DNA of 44,689 nt from Stramenopiles sp. TOSAG23-2 (Eukaryota): positions 1 to 44,689 of the forward strand of contig LT649292.1 in NCBI GenBank assembly GCA_900128395.1, in the 5' to 3' direction. The translations under genes and the position numbers were made by a program. Below, piece by piece: positions 31,766-41,690 of the stretch. The notes under the pieces are model-generated. The model ran no database searches and was not told where the DNA came from. It worked only from the letters and a program-made list of their open reading frames with translations. How positions within the stretch are numbered: position 1 is the stretch's first letter; every line of letters starts with the position of its first letter.

Positions 31766-33976
31766 ATGGAAAATAGTAAACATTCAGAACATAGTACTAT
31801 ATATACATCTAGTTATTTAAAAAAACGACAATCCATATCATATAAGTTAAATCAATTGTGCAACAAAAATATGAATAGGTTGTTACATTTAAAAGGAACT
31901 AAACGATACGTAAGAAGACCATGTACTAACTCTTCTTCGTTTATGAAAAATAATAACAATATAGTAAATAAAAAAAGAATGCCAAATTATATTTTTGATA
32001 AAAAATATTATAATAAAAAATTATTAAATAATATCATCAACAAACGTAAACAATATCATCTACCATCTTTATCTATTGTTAATGCTTTTAACTGGCATCA
32101 AAAGCGATTATTTTCGAAGGCTACAGTAAAACAAAATAAATCTAGTAGGGCATCAACGACTATATTCATATCGTCTTACATAAATAATGCGAATAATACA
32201 ATGTTTGAACAACGACGTACATTTGCAAAACAAAAAAAAGCAAGTAAAAGTAATCCAGGTGGTGGTATACCTGGTGAATTTGTCATGTCAGTACAGCAAC
32301 TGCAAAAAATTGTTGGCACTCGTACTTTATTTGACAATGTGACATTGGGTTTTTTACAAGGTGCAAAAATTGGTATTTTAGGTTTAAATGGTTGTGGAAA
32401 ATCATCATTAATGAAAATTTTAGCTGGTGTAGAGGAAGAATTTGATGGTGATTTTTGGAAAAAAGATGATTTAAAAGTTGGTTATCTAGCACAAGAACCG
32501 GAATTAAATGCTAAATTAAATGTACGTGAAAATGTCATGGAAGCGTTGAGAAAAGAACAAGATTTATTAAAACGCTTTGAAGAAATCTCATTGGAAATGG
32601 GTGAACCGGATGCTGATTTCGATAAATTAATTGAAGAACAAGGTGTAATTACGGAGGAAATTGATAAATACGATGCGTGGACCATTGATGATAAAGTTAA
32701 TCAAGCAATGCAAGCATTGCGTGTGCCAGAAGATGATTTAAGTGTCGAACATTTATCTGGCGGAGAACGTAGAAGAATTGCATTGTGTCGATTATTATTG
32801 GAAAAACCTGATATGTTGCTTTTAGATGAACCGACAAATCATTTAGATGCTGAATCTGTTGAATGGTTGGAACAATTTTTGAAACGATATGAAGGGACTG
32901 TTATTGCAATTACACACGATCGTTATTTTTTAGATAATGTTGCAGGTTGGATTTTAGAAATCGAACGTGGGAGAGCATTACCATTTGAGGGCAATTATTC
33001 TAATTGGTTGATTGCAAAGGAGAAACGAATGAGCTTGGAAAATAAAAAAGATGCATCTCGTAAAAAAGCTATTCAAAAAGAATTGGAATGGATACGTAAA
33101 AGTGCAAAAGGTCAACAAAAAAAAGGTAAAGCGCGTTTAAAATCCTTTGAAAAACAAAAAGATGAAGTTGCAAAATCGGATCAAGCAAATTTAATTGAAA
33201 GTGGATCAATCGTGATTCCAAACGGACCAAGACTTGGGAATAAAGTTGTTGAAGTTTCAAATTTAACACATACATTTGATGATGGGGAAAAACAAATTTT
33301 TGACAATGTATCATTTAAAGTCCCTAAAGGTGCTACAGTGGGTATAATTGGTGGCAATGGAATGGGTAAATCAACATTATTTTCCATGATATGTGGTGAT
33401 TCCGATGGTGGGTTAAAGCCATCGGATGGTGGCATTATTGATCTTGGAGAAAGTGTTCAAATTGGCTACGTTTCACAATCGCGTGATAGTTTAAATGAAC
33501 AAAATAGTGTGTACGAAGAAATATCTGGTGGTAATGATTATATAAATATTAATGGTACCGAAGTGCAAATACGCGCATACGTCTCTGCATTTAATTTGAA
33601 AGGTCCTGCACAGGAAAAACGTGTTGGTGATTTAAGTGGTGGTGAACGTAATCGTGTACATTTAGCAAAAACATTAAGCCAAGGTGCTAATTTGATTTTA
33701 TTAGATGAACCTACGAATGATTTAGATGTTGAAACATTACGTTCATTGGAGGAAGCATTGGGAAATTTTCAAGGTACTTCTATGATAATTTCCCACGATC
33801 GTTATTTTTTAGATCGTTTATGCACTCATATTTTAGCATTTGAAGGTGATGGTCGAGTTGATTTTTTTGAAGGTACATGGACAGAATATTTAAAAGAAGC
33901 AAAAACTAGTATACATCATAAAGATGATAGTGATGAAGGGAAAAAGAAACGATATCGTCCATTGAATTATTTTTAA
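31766..33976 (+). CDS. ettA: ABC-F translation factor of the EttA/ChvD type with a long basic N-terminal extension (start may be ATG 31871)
   Basis: GAKIGILGLNGCGKS, KVGYLAQEPELN, LSGGERRRIALCRLLLEKPDMLLLDEPTNHLDAESVEWLE, THDRYFLDNVAGWILE, KELEWIR..KGKARL, IPNGPRLG, LSGGERNRVHLAK. Confidence 0.93.
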   Translation: MENSKHSEHSTIYTSSYLKKRQSISYKLNQLCNKNMNRLLHLKGTKRYVRRPCTNSSSFMKNNNNIVNKKRMPNYIFDKKYYNKKLLNNIINKRKQYHLPSLSIVNAFNWHQKRLFSKATVKQNKSSRASTTIFISSYINNANNTMFEQRRTFAKQKKASKSNPGGGIPGEFVMSVQQLQKIVGTRTLFDNVTLGFLQGAKIGILGLNGCGKSSLMKILAGVEEEFDGDFWKKDDLKVGYLAQEPELNAKLNVRENVMEALRKEQDLLKRFEEISLEMGEPDADFDKLIEEQGVITEEIDKYDAWTIDDKVNQAMQALRVPEDDLSVEHLSGGERRRIALCRLLLEKPDMLLLDEPTNHLDAESVEWLEQFLKRYEGTVIAITHDRYFLDNVAGWILEIERGRALPFEGNYSNWLIAKEKRMSLENKKDASRKKAIQKELEWIRKSAKGQQKKGKARLKSFEKQKDEVAKSDQANLIESGSIVIPNGPRLGNKVVEVSNLTHTFDDGEKQIFDNVSFKVPKGATVGIIGGNGMGKSTLFSMICGDSDGGLKPSDGGIIDLGESVQIGYVSQSRDSLNEQNSVYEEISGGNDYININGTEVQIRAYVSAFNLKGPAQEKRVGDLSGGERNRVHLAKTLSQGANLILLDEPTNDLDVETLRSLEEALGNFQGTSMIISHDRYFLDRLCTHILAFEGDGRVDFFEGTWTEYLKEAKTSIHHKDDSDEGKKKRYRPLNYF

Positions 33977-34637
33977 ATATATCAAATATGAGTGTAATAG
34001 TTTATAGTCGTCTATATATACGAAGTATATATATATATATTGTAAAAGGAGAGCTGTGTAAAAAATATTAGTGTAGATTATATACGATACGACTGTGTGG
34101 TAAGAATATAAATTTAGTTGCAACACCAGTTGTCTAATTAAGAGGATTGGTTAAATTCATTAAAGAATAGCGAATGAAATACAGGAAATGCTTTTGGATT
34201 TATAAACCTGATTGGTGACATCTGGTTTAGCATTTTTAATACTATTCAAGAGAAGGAAAATATAATTTGTTTTTTTTTTTCGGATATTTTGTATATGCTT
34301 TGGGGTTTTGATCAAATTCTGTTCTGATGTATATTTTTTGATAGCACTATGTTTTGTATAGTGTACACCTTAAACACATTTACTTTCCCCTGTGTAACCC
34401 AATGGGGTTGTAGCATGTAATAGCATATAAAAAGCTTCCAGCCACTCAATATCTTCAAGTATATTATAGCACTATTATAGATACATATATCTATTCATAT
34501 GTACGTACCAGGCAGAATGTATAAATATATGTACACATATATGTACATAGAAGAACACTCAATCATTTGAAAGATCAGACAAAACAAAAATTAAAAACAA
34601 AAAAAACAAAACAACAAATTATATTTATTTTACAAAC

Positions 34638-35585
34638 ATGACTGAACAATTAACATACCGTGGCCAATTAGAAGGCCATAATGGTTGGGTAACTGCTGTT
34701 GCAACCACTGCTGAAGATCCAAATATGATCTTAACCGCATCTCGTGATAAAACTATTGTTGTATGGAATTTACAGCGTTCTGATGACTCCTATGGTACCG
34801 CACGTCGTCGTCTTTGTGGTCACTCCCACTTCGTTGAAGATGTTATCATTTCCAGTGATGGACAATTCGCATTGTCTGGTAGTTGGGATGGTACTTTACG
34901 TCTTTGGAACTTATCCAACGGCCAAACCACTCGCCGTTTCGTTGGTCACTCAAAAGATGTTTTATCTGTTGCTTTTTCCCAAGACAATCGTCAAATTGTT
35001 AGTGGCTCACGCGATAAAACTATCAAATTATGGAATACACTTGGTGAATGTAAATACACTATCCAAGATGATGGCCACAAAGAATGGGTTTCCTGCGTAC
35101 GTTTCTCCCCAAGTCAACAAAACCCACTTATCGTAAGTTGTGGTTGGGATGGTCTTGTTAAAGTATGGAACTTGAACAACTGTAAATTAAGAACAAACTT
35201 AGTTGGTCATACTGGTTACTTAAATACCGTAACTGTTTCCCCTGATGGTTCATTATGTGCATCTGGTGGTAAAGACGGTGTTGCCATGTTATGGGACTTA
35301 AACGAAGGTAAACGTTTGTACTCTTTGGAAGCAAATGACATTATCCATAGTCTTGTGTTCTCACCAAACCGTTACTGGTTATGTGCTGCTACAGAGAAAT
35401 GCATTAAAATTTGGGATCTTGAATCAAAAATTGTTGTTGGTGAACTAACACCTGAATTACCAGCAGTTGGCCCAAAAGCAATGCAAGCATACTGTGTATC
35501 CTTGGCATGGAGTGCAGATGGTTCCACACTTTTCAGTGGTTACACTGATAGTAAAGTTCGCATTTGGACTGTTGGTTTGGCATAA
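34638..35585 (+). CDS. RACK1: RACK1 (WD40 40S ribosomal scaffold protein)
   Basis: [89 protein letters not shown]. Confidence 0.98.
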   Translation: MTEQLTYRGQLEGHNGWVTAVATTAEDPNMILTASRDKTIVVWNLQRSDDSYGTARRRLCGHSHFVEDVIISSDGQFALSGSWDGTLRLWNLSNGQTTRRFVGHSKDVLSVAFSQDNRQIVSGSRDKTIKLWNTLGECKYTIQDDGHKEWVSCVRFSPSQQNPLIVSCGWDGLVKVWNLNNCKLRTNLVGHTGYLNTVTVSPDGSLCASGGKDGVAMLWDLNEGKRLYSLEANDIIHSLVFSPNRYWLCAATEKCIKIWDLESKIVVGELTPELPAVGPKAMQAYCVSLAWSADGSTLFSGYTDSKVRIWTVGLA

Positions 35586-35706
35586 ATGATATAAAATATG
35601 TCCAAACTAGATTCAAAAAGTTTGTAGAGGAATGAGAGTGAGAAGAGATTATTGAATTTTAAATATAAAAAATTTAATATTTATAAATGCATATTTTAAT
35701 ATTTTA

Positions 35707-35982
35707 TTTTATAAAAATCAAATTAAAAATATTAAAGTATATCCTTCCAAAGAAGCTGAATATGGAAAATTGGAGGTCCAATTGATTCCACCATTATTAA
35801 ATGCAATTAAAAATATGGGAATTAATAAATTGTATACACATCAAACAAAAGGTATCAATGCGGCAATGAATGATGGCTCGCATGTTGTCATATCTACTTC
35901 GACTTCCAGTGGTAAATCGTTGGTTTATAATATACCAGTCCTGCAAGAAATTATGATGGACGAAGATGCTACTGCAATTTAA
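35707..35982 (+). pseudogene. Isolated fragment of an Hrq1/YprA(MrfA)-type SF2 helicase (Q motif and Walker A only)
   Basis: FYKNQIKNIKVYPSKEAEYGKL..GINKLYTHQTKGI..HVVISTSTSSGKSLVYNIPVL..ATAI*; no ATG upstream in frame, stops just before motif Ia, no continuation seen. Confidence 0.8.
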
Positions 35983-36292
35983 CAATATGCTGTGTCAGTG
36001 CTAAGTTAAGGTAAAAATTCACTATATAATTACACTTTATTTCTCATTGTTTTAGCCCTTCAAAGTCGTTTGAAATGCTTCATGGAAGTGTGTACGACAC
36101 ACATGTTTTACACAAAAAATTATGAAAAAATGATATCTGTGCATTTAAACTTCATTAATATGTTCAATAAGTATGTATATTTGAAATATGAACTAACATT
36201 AACTCACAACATACGACAATAATAGTGTTTTATATGGAATTATGTGGTACGACCATCAATTTTTTCGTCTGAGGGACACATTTGCCAAAAAA

Positions 36293-36481
36293 AGACAAAC
36301 ATGGCAAAAATGTGCTAGTTTTTTACGTTTTACGGATTTATGCGGGAAAAAATCGAAAAACAAAAAATGTAGGAACATGCAAGCCCGGGGCTTCCGTGTT
36401 CCTACATTTTTCTTTTTTTGAAATTTTTTTTTCCAAATTCGTAAAATGTAAAAAACTAGCACATTTTTGACATGGTTGTCT
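36293..36481. repeat. ~190-bp imperfect palindrome/hairpin centred at 36387
   Basis: caaaaatgtgctagttttttacgttttacg..aaaaatgtaggaaca..aagcccggggctt..tgttcctacattttt..cgtaaaatgtaaaaaactagcacatttttg; the two opposite-strand ORFs here translate to near-identical peptides. Confidence 0.93.
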
Positions 36482-36815
36482 CAAAAAGAGAGTAAATGAA
36501 TGACTTGGTCAATGATGGTTATTGTTAATTTTTATACCCTACTCTCTAACCCTCTCTTTGACTCTTAGCTCAGCGCTCTCAATATTGAAATAATTAAAAT
36601 TAATATAAAAAATGAAATATCAAAATAATATAATATGATGGTTAAAATATTACTTTTCGTATTAACGAAGTGTATATAATGTAAGTTTACGCATAATTTT
36701 TATATATTACGAGTATATAAAACTTTAAAATTAACAATCTTATATTTTTAAATTTAATAAAAATATGTGGTTTTAAAAGAACTTAGTGGCCATATCCAAA
36801 TCACTATTTCTACTT

Positions 36816-38609
36816 CTACCAACTACTACTACTACCCCTCCATATATTATTATCATTCCTCTTTGGATCATCATTATGCGAACCGTACAATGGAAATGCC
36901 TTCCCATTAACAACCATGAAATTGTTATTAGGACCATTGTAATTATTATTATTATTATCACTATTAGAATTAGTGGGTCTCCTCCAACTATGAGTGCTAC
37001 TATTAGCATGATTGTACTGATTATTTTTGCTATTATTACCGCGATTATTATCGTCCCATTTATTATACTTCGCTTGTTTCCACTCTCTTTGACTACTATT
37101 AGCATGATTGTAATAATTATTATTATTGCTATTACTGCGATTATCATCTTCCCATTTATTATTATCATACTTAGTTTGCTTAAATACTTTTTGATCATGG
37201 TGCCTTACATCATTATTATTATTGTTGTCAAATTGTTTTCGTTTCTTAACATTTCTGGGACTACTGCTGCTACTGCTATTACCATTACTATTGTACCCAA
37301 CGCTATTAAGAGGGACGCTTCTAGAATAATTCAATGATGATGATGATGAAGATATATTAGCTGATGGGGTTGATGAAGAAGATACTACACCACCATCATC
37401 ACAACTAGCTTCTATTCCCTTTAATAATTGAACCGTCCTAATCACATTGTCCCTATTCCTATCCCTTTTTCTTTCAATACTTTCAAATATATGCTTTCTT
37501 AATTTTTTTGAAATAGAGGCACCTACAGTAACAACTCGTTTTTTATTGATACTGTTATTCAAATCAGTTGTGCTTGATGCTGTTTTCCATGTGCCCTCTG
37601 GGGTTAATAATGCATTGCTGGCAATGGTTTGTTTACTCGGAATAATAGAACTTGCATAAAAAATTACATTTGATGAAGATGAACTAAAATTAAATTCACA
37701 AATATCCTTTAAATGAAAGGTACCTTCGCCATCACATTCAGATGATACTAATATACTATATGTAGAAGCATCTTTCTCAATATGGTACTTCGTTTGCATA
37801 TCTACGTATGTTGTTGCACTATAATAATAATTTAAGCCACAATGTTCAAGTTTTGATATAGTAGTACTATATTGTTTGCAAAGTTCTTTTTCTACTAATG
37901 GTGAATTTTTTAAAATACCAGCTTTAGAAAAAACTGCTTTGCTTTTATCGTTCAAATATTCACCAACAATTTTCATGCCTGTGTTAATTGCATCAACAGT
38001 ACCTTGTTGATATTTTGTAATTTCTTCTTTACTTAATGTTTCTTTACCTTCTTTCAAAGGAAATGGACCGTATGAACAGTCATTACTATCAATTTCATCT
38101 TTTGCTGTTATACCGCAAGTAAAACTTAATCCCGACTCAATAAAATCGCTGTCGTCGTCGTTGTCGTTATTGTTGCTGTTATTAGTATTATTGTTATTAT
38201 TATTATTATTATTATATATTTCTGCTATTTGTAAAACGTCTTTTTCTTTTATTGAATAATTTATCATTTCACCACCTTCCGTCTTAAAAAGACCATCCAT
38301 CTTAATACGATTAGCATCATTTTTATCATTTACAAAGATAAAAGCTAAAAGTTCGTTTTGACTTTTGCTAATAAACATTGTTGTTTTTGTAACTTTAATT
38401 GGGACATTATTTGTATTATGATATACTTTTCTCACAGGATCATAATCTAATCTAATCTTTAAAACACCTTTTCCTTTTATTTTCTTTTGTTGATTACCAT
38501 TCAACCAAATTAGGTTTAAATCTGAATTGAAATACTGCTTTGCAAACTGCCATCTTCTACTATTTGCATTTAGCCTTCGTCGTTTTTTGGAAGGTTTACT
38601 TTTATCCAT
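36816..38609 (-). CDS. Hypothetical protein with a possible TET/JBP-like 2OG-Fe(II) dioxygenase fold and an Asn-rich repetitive C-terminus
   Basis: 597-aa open frame; TKYHIEKDASTYSILV..GTFHL..VIFYASSIIPSKQ has double-stranded beta-helix-like spacing (domain call tentative); repeated KYxxxKWxDxNRxNxxNNxYNHANSS. Confidence 0.6.
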   Translation of the reverse strand: MDKSKPSKKRRRLNANSRRWQFAKQYFNSDLNLIWLNGNQQKKIKGKGVLKIRLDYDPVRKVYHNTNNVPIKVTKTTMFISKSQNELLAFIFVNDKNDANRIKMDGLFKTEGGEMINYSIKEKDVLQIAEIYNNNNNNNNNTNNSNNNDNDDDSDFIESGLSFTCGITAKDEIDSNDCSYGPFPLKEGKETLSKEEITKYQQGTVDAINTGMKIVGEYLNDKSKAVFSKAGILKNSPLVEKELCKQYSTTISKLEHCGLNYYYSATTYVDMQTKYHIEKDASTYSILVSSECDGEGTFHLKDICEFNFSSSSSNVIFYASSIIPSKQTIASNALLTPEGTWKTASSTTDLNNSINKKRVVTVGASISKKLRKHIFESIERKRDRNRDNVIRTVQLLKGIEASCDDGGVVSSSSTPSANISSSSSSLNYSRSVPLNSVGYNSNGNSSSSSSPRNVKKRKQFDNNNNNDVRHHDQKVFKQTKYDNNKWEDDNRSNSNNNNYYNHANSSQREWKQAKYNKWDDNNRGNNSKNNQYNHANSSTHSWRRPTNSNSDNNNNNYNGPNNNFMVVNGKAFPLYGSHNDDPKRNDNNIWRGSSSSW

Positions 38610-39053
38610 AGTATTGCTGTTAATAATGGATGGTTGTTGATGTTTTGTTCATTCTTCTTCTTTCTGTTTGGAGAGTCGTGTGCACGTGTGTGTTGTTCCG
38701 ACTATTAATAAATAATATTATTTATAGGATAATATAAATATAATAATAATATAAATCGGGCTATACAAATATGTGCAACATGTGCTCTGCCTATTGGTGG
38801 TTGGAATTAATTAAATATTTTTTTTTTAAAAACACGATTCATATGATACATCGTAGATGTGTTAATGATGATACGGAAGAGTTAAAAATTTTACACGCAC
38901 ACATTTTAAGAGGATGCATTTTCGTTAAATGCCACATGTGTCTCCCTACTTCGTACATAACCAACTCAATCTAGATTTTAATATAATCAATTCTCAACAC
39001 AGTATAATATTGGTGTATATATAGTAGCTACACTTTAGTTTTTTTTGTCTTTT

Positions 39054-40357
39054 TTATACCAAACTTCTCAACTCTTCCCTTGCTAAAAAATAAATGCCAA
39101 TTGTAATCACAGAAGCAAATGCACTAAATACTTTTTGTGCTAACGAAGATGTTAAATGTACATTGAAGACTTTTAAACCTTTGCATTCATGGCTATCAAT
39201 CCAATGATTGAATCTAACGGATGTCCAGCCTAATTTGACTTGTGCATGATGTATCTTCGCATCTGATAATAATTGCATTTTTGTTTCTTCCCACACACGA
39301 TTTGGTTTAGTAACTGCCTTAATATAAACATACAAAAAACCAATTGTCATTATAAAAAGAAAAGAAAACAAACCTATAACACTTGAACGATAACTGCCTC
39401 CTATCGGCGTAACAAGAAAAAATGCTTCTATAAGCACCCATACAGGAAGATTAACCATATTAGTAGTGTAAAATGAATTTAAGCCGTTAGACATTGATCT
39501 TGAAAAGCTATCGATTTTTTCCTGTTCGTTAGATAACTCCTGTATAATCCATTCGATTTTATTATTTTTTCCTTCTTCCAAGCCAATCTCATGATTTTCC
39601 ATTACTAAAATCTCACGTACTTTTTTTAAATATGCTTTCACTTTTTTTTCCCAAATGGGTGTCAGTGATGGACTGTAGTATATAAAAATAATAATGGAAA
39701 TGTTAGTATTTTTTATTGTATTTTTTACTATACCACAGTATTATTGTATAATAATTGCAGCGCACCAGCTGCAATTATATAATGAATATTTTTTCAGATT
39801 TCAACTTACATTATAATCGCTGGTGCGTTACCAAGTGGGCCGATTAGTAAAAAGCAAACATACGAAATGGATAGAGCAGTGATTGAAATTGTAAATGTGT
39901 GTGGTCCTAAATAAGTCCCAGATGCAAATGGAAGAGCAAAAAAAATAATCATTAATGGGAATACAATTAATCCGACAATGACCGTTCCAAAGATAAGTCC
40001 TTGCTGCATTTCTTGATTGAGTTTCGTTGTCAAATTTTTATCTGCCAAAAGTATATTTAAGAAGAAGCCTTTTGAAAAATCTGGTGGTGTAGCAACATCA
40101 AATGTATTGCTAGTAGAACTTAATACCCCGATTGTAACCCCGGCAGAGAGTACGCCAGTTATCCCGACAAACATCATGATAAACATAGGTGTTGTCAAAA
40201 GAGCTAACAGTATTAACATGCGTCTCCATTTTGCTGCAAATTTGATGCTAAATCTTAAGTATGCTGGCAATTCATCAATGCTATTTAATTTTACATTGGC
40301 CAGTACTTCCACTTCCTCATTGCTGTCGGTCTGCTGTACTTTGTAATTGGATGCCAT
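39054..40357 (-). CDS. Multi-pass membrane protein, gustatory-receptor-like/7TM ion channel candidate; exons 40357-39810 and 39672-39054, intron 39673-39809
   Basis: Donor GTAAGT and acceptor TACAG join the ORFs in frame (APAII-I-PSLTPIWEKKVK); several hydrophobic helices; C-terminal GLKVFNVHLTSSLAQKVFSAFASVITIGIYFL. Confidence 0.7.
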
Positions 40358-40552
40358 GACAAGATCGGGGAACGAAAATGACAATATATATATATATATA
40401 TATATATGAATATACAAACAGAGTACTGGTTCTTTTGTTCTTTTGGTGATATGTATCTCTTTCTTTGATGACAAGCAACACCAAGAAGAACTGTTTAAAT
40501 GTACTAGGTTTGCGGGTGCCGGGCCACAGTGGGTGTTTGGGGTTTGGGCAAG

Positions 40553-40987
40553 GAAAATCTCTGGTGTCCAGAGTAGTTTGGGGGTACTCCTCCTGGTACT
40601 CAGGAAACCCCGCTATGCTATTCGCATATACTATACTCAGGAAATGAAAGGCACTATGCTTGAGACTTTTTTTTTTTAAATCGAAAAAATATCGACATCT
40701 AAATTCCAAAAATGATTTCACTGATTTTAGTAAAATTTTCAGTGAAAAGTATCTGAATGAAATACTCATAATATTACTATTTAAATGACGAAAACGACAA
40801 ATAACTTGAAAAATTAAATTATTTAATATAATAGTATCCGAAAATACACATCTCGTAAAAAAAAAAAAGTCTCAAGAAAAGTTAAGTAAAGTTAAAGTGC
40901 CTTTCGTTTATCAGGTACCCTTCACGCTAGGACTTACAGTACATACAGACTACAGATGACAGTACTCTCTGGACACCAGAGATTTTC
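40553..40987. mobile_element. MITE-like element bounded by 21-bp perfect inverted repeats
   Basis: gaaaatctctggtgtccagag (40553-40573) and ctctggacaccagagattttc (40967-40987); no coding capacity; no convincing target-site duplication. Confidence 0.55.
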
Positions 40988-41031
40988 AGCTACAGCCCTC
41001 TCCAGATACTGTAGGAAAAGTACAAATACAG

Positions 41032-41136
41032 TAACATTATAGTGCTATTTATATACTAAATAGGAACGATACATTTAAGGTTTTTCATCGATTTGTGATT
41101 TTGTGCCTATTTAGTATATAAATAGCACTTATGTTA
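41032..41136. repeat. Hairpin with a 24-bp perfect stem and ~41-nt loop
   Basis: agtgctatttatatactaaatagg (41041-41064) / cctatttagtatataaatagcact (41106-41129), extended by taacat/atgtta. Confidence 0.9.
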
Positions 41137-41690
41137 TTTATACGCTAATCTGTGGCAGGATTGGGTGTTAGCATAGAAAGTGGTAGTCTTTTTTCTCGTG
41201 AAAGGAGAAAATTGCGATTGCAATGATATGACCCTACTAATTGTTTCAAAAGAGGAGAGGGAGCGGCGTGTAAAAAAAAGGGGGCCCGAACATCTGCTCA
41301 ATTCCTATCAGTTGTACTTGTTAGTATATAATTTTTATTTCCCAACGAGAATTAAAATACAAAAAAATAATATAATTTTACAACTATTAACAACTAGAGT
41401 TGATCACTACGAGAGGCATGCGTTGACATGTCGGTGTAGAAGGTAGTTCAGATATCTCTTTCTCGTTATACGTTTTTAATATTATTGTGTGTGTAAACGT
41501 ACATACATAGTTTTTTATAGATATTTGTCTGTGTGTCTCTGTGTGTGTTTTGAAGAAAATACATAGATTCATATAATTTTGTGTTTGTTGTATAATTTAG
41601 ATTATATAATATATATCAAAAAAAATATATAGTAATAGATTTAGGAAAGAGCTTGTTGTGGTGTGTTTTTATATATAAAGAATAACAACC

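Noticed and set aside
36256-36470. Pair of similar ORFs on opposite strands
   Set aside because: A by-product of the DNA palindrome, not genes
36773-37337. Ile-rich hydrophobic ORFs that look like membrane proteins
   Set aside because: Alternative-frame readings of (AAT)n Asn codons in the 36816-38609 gene
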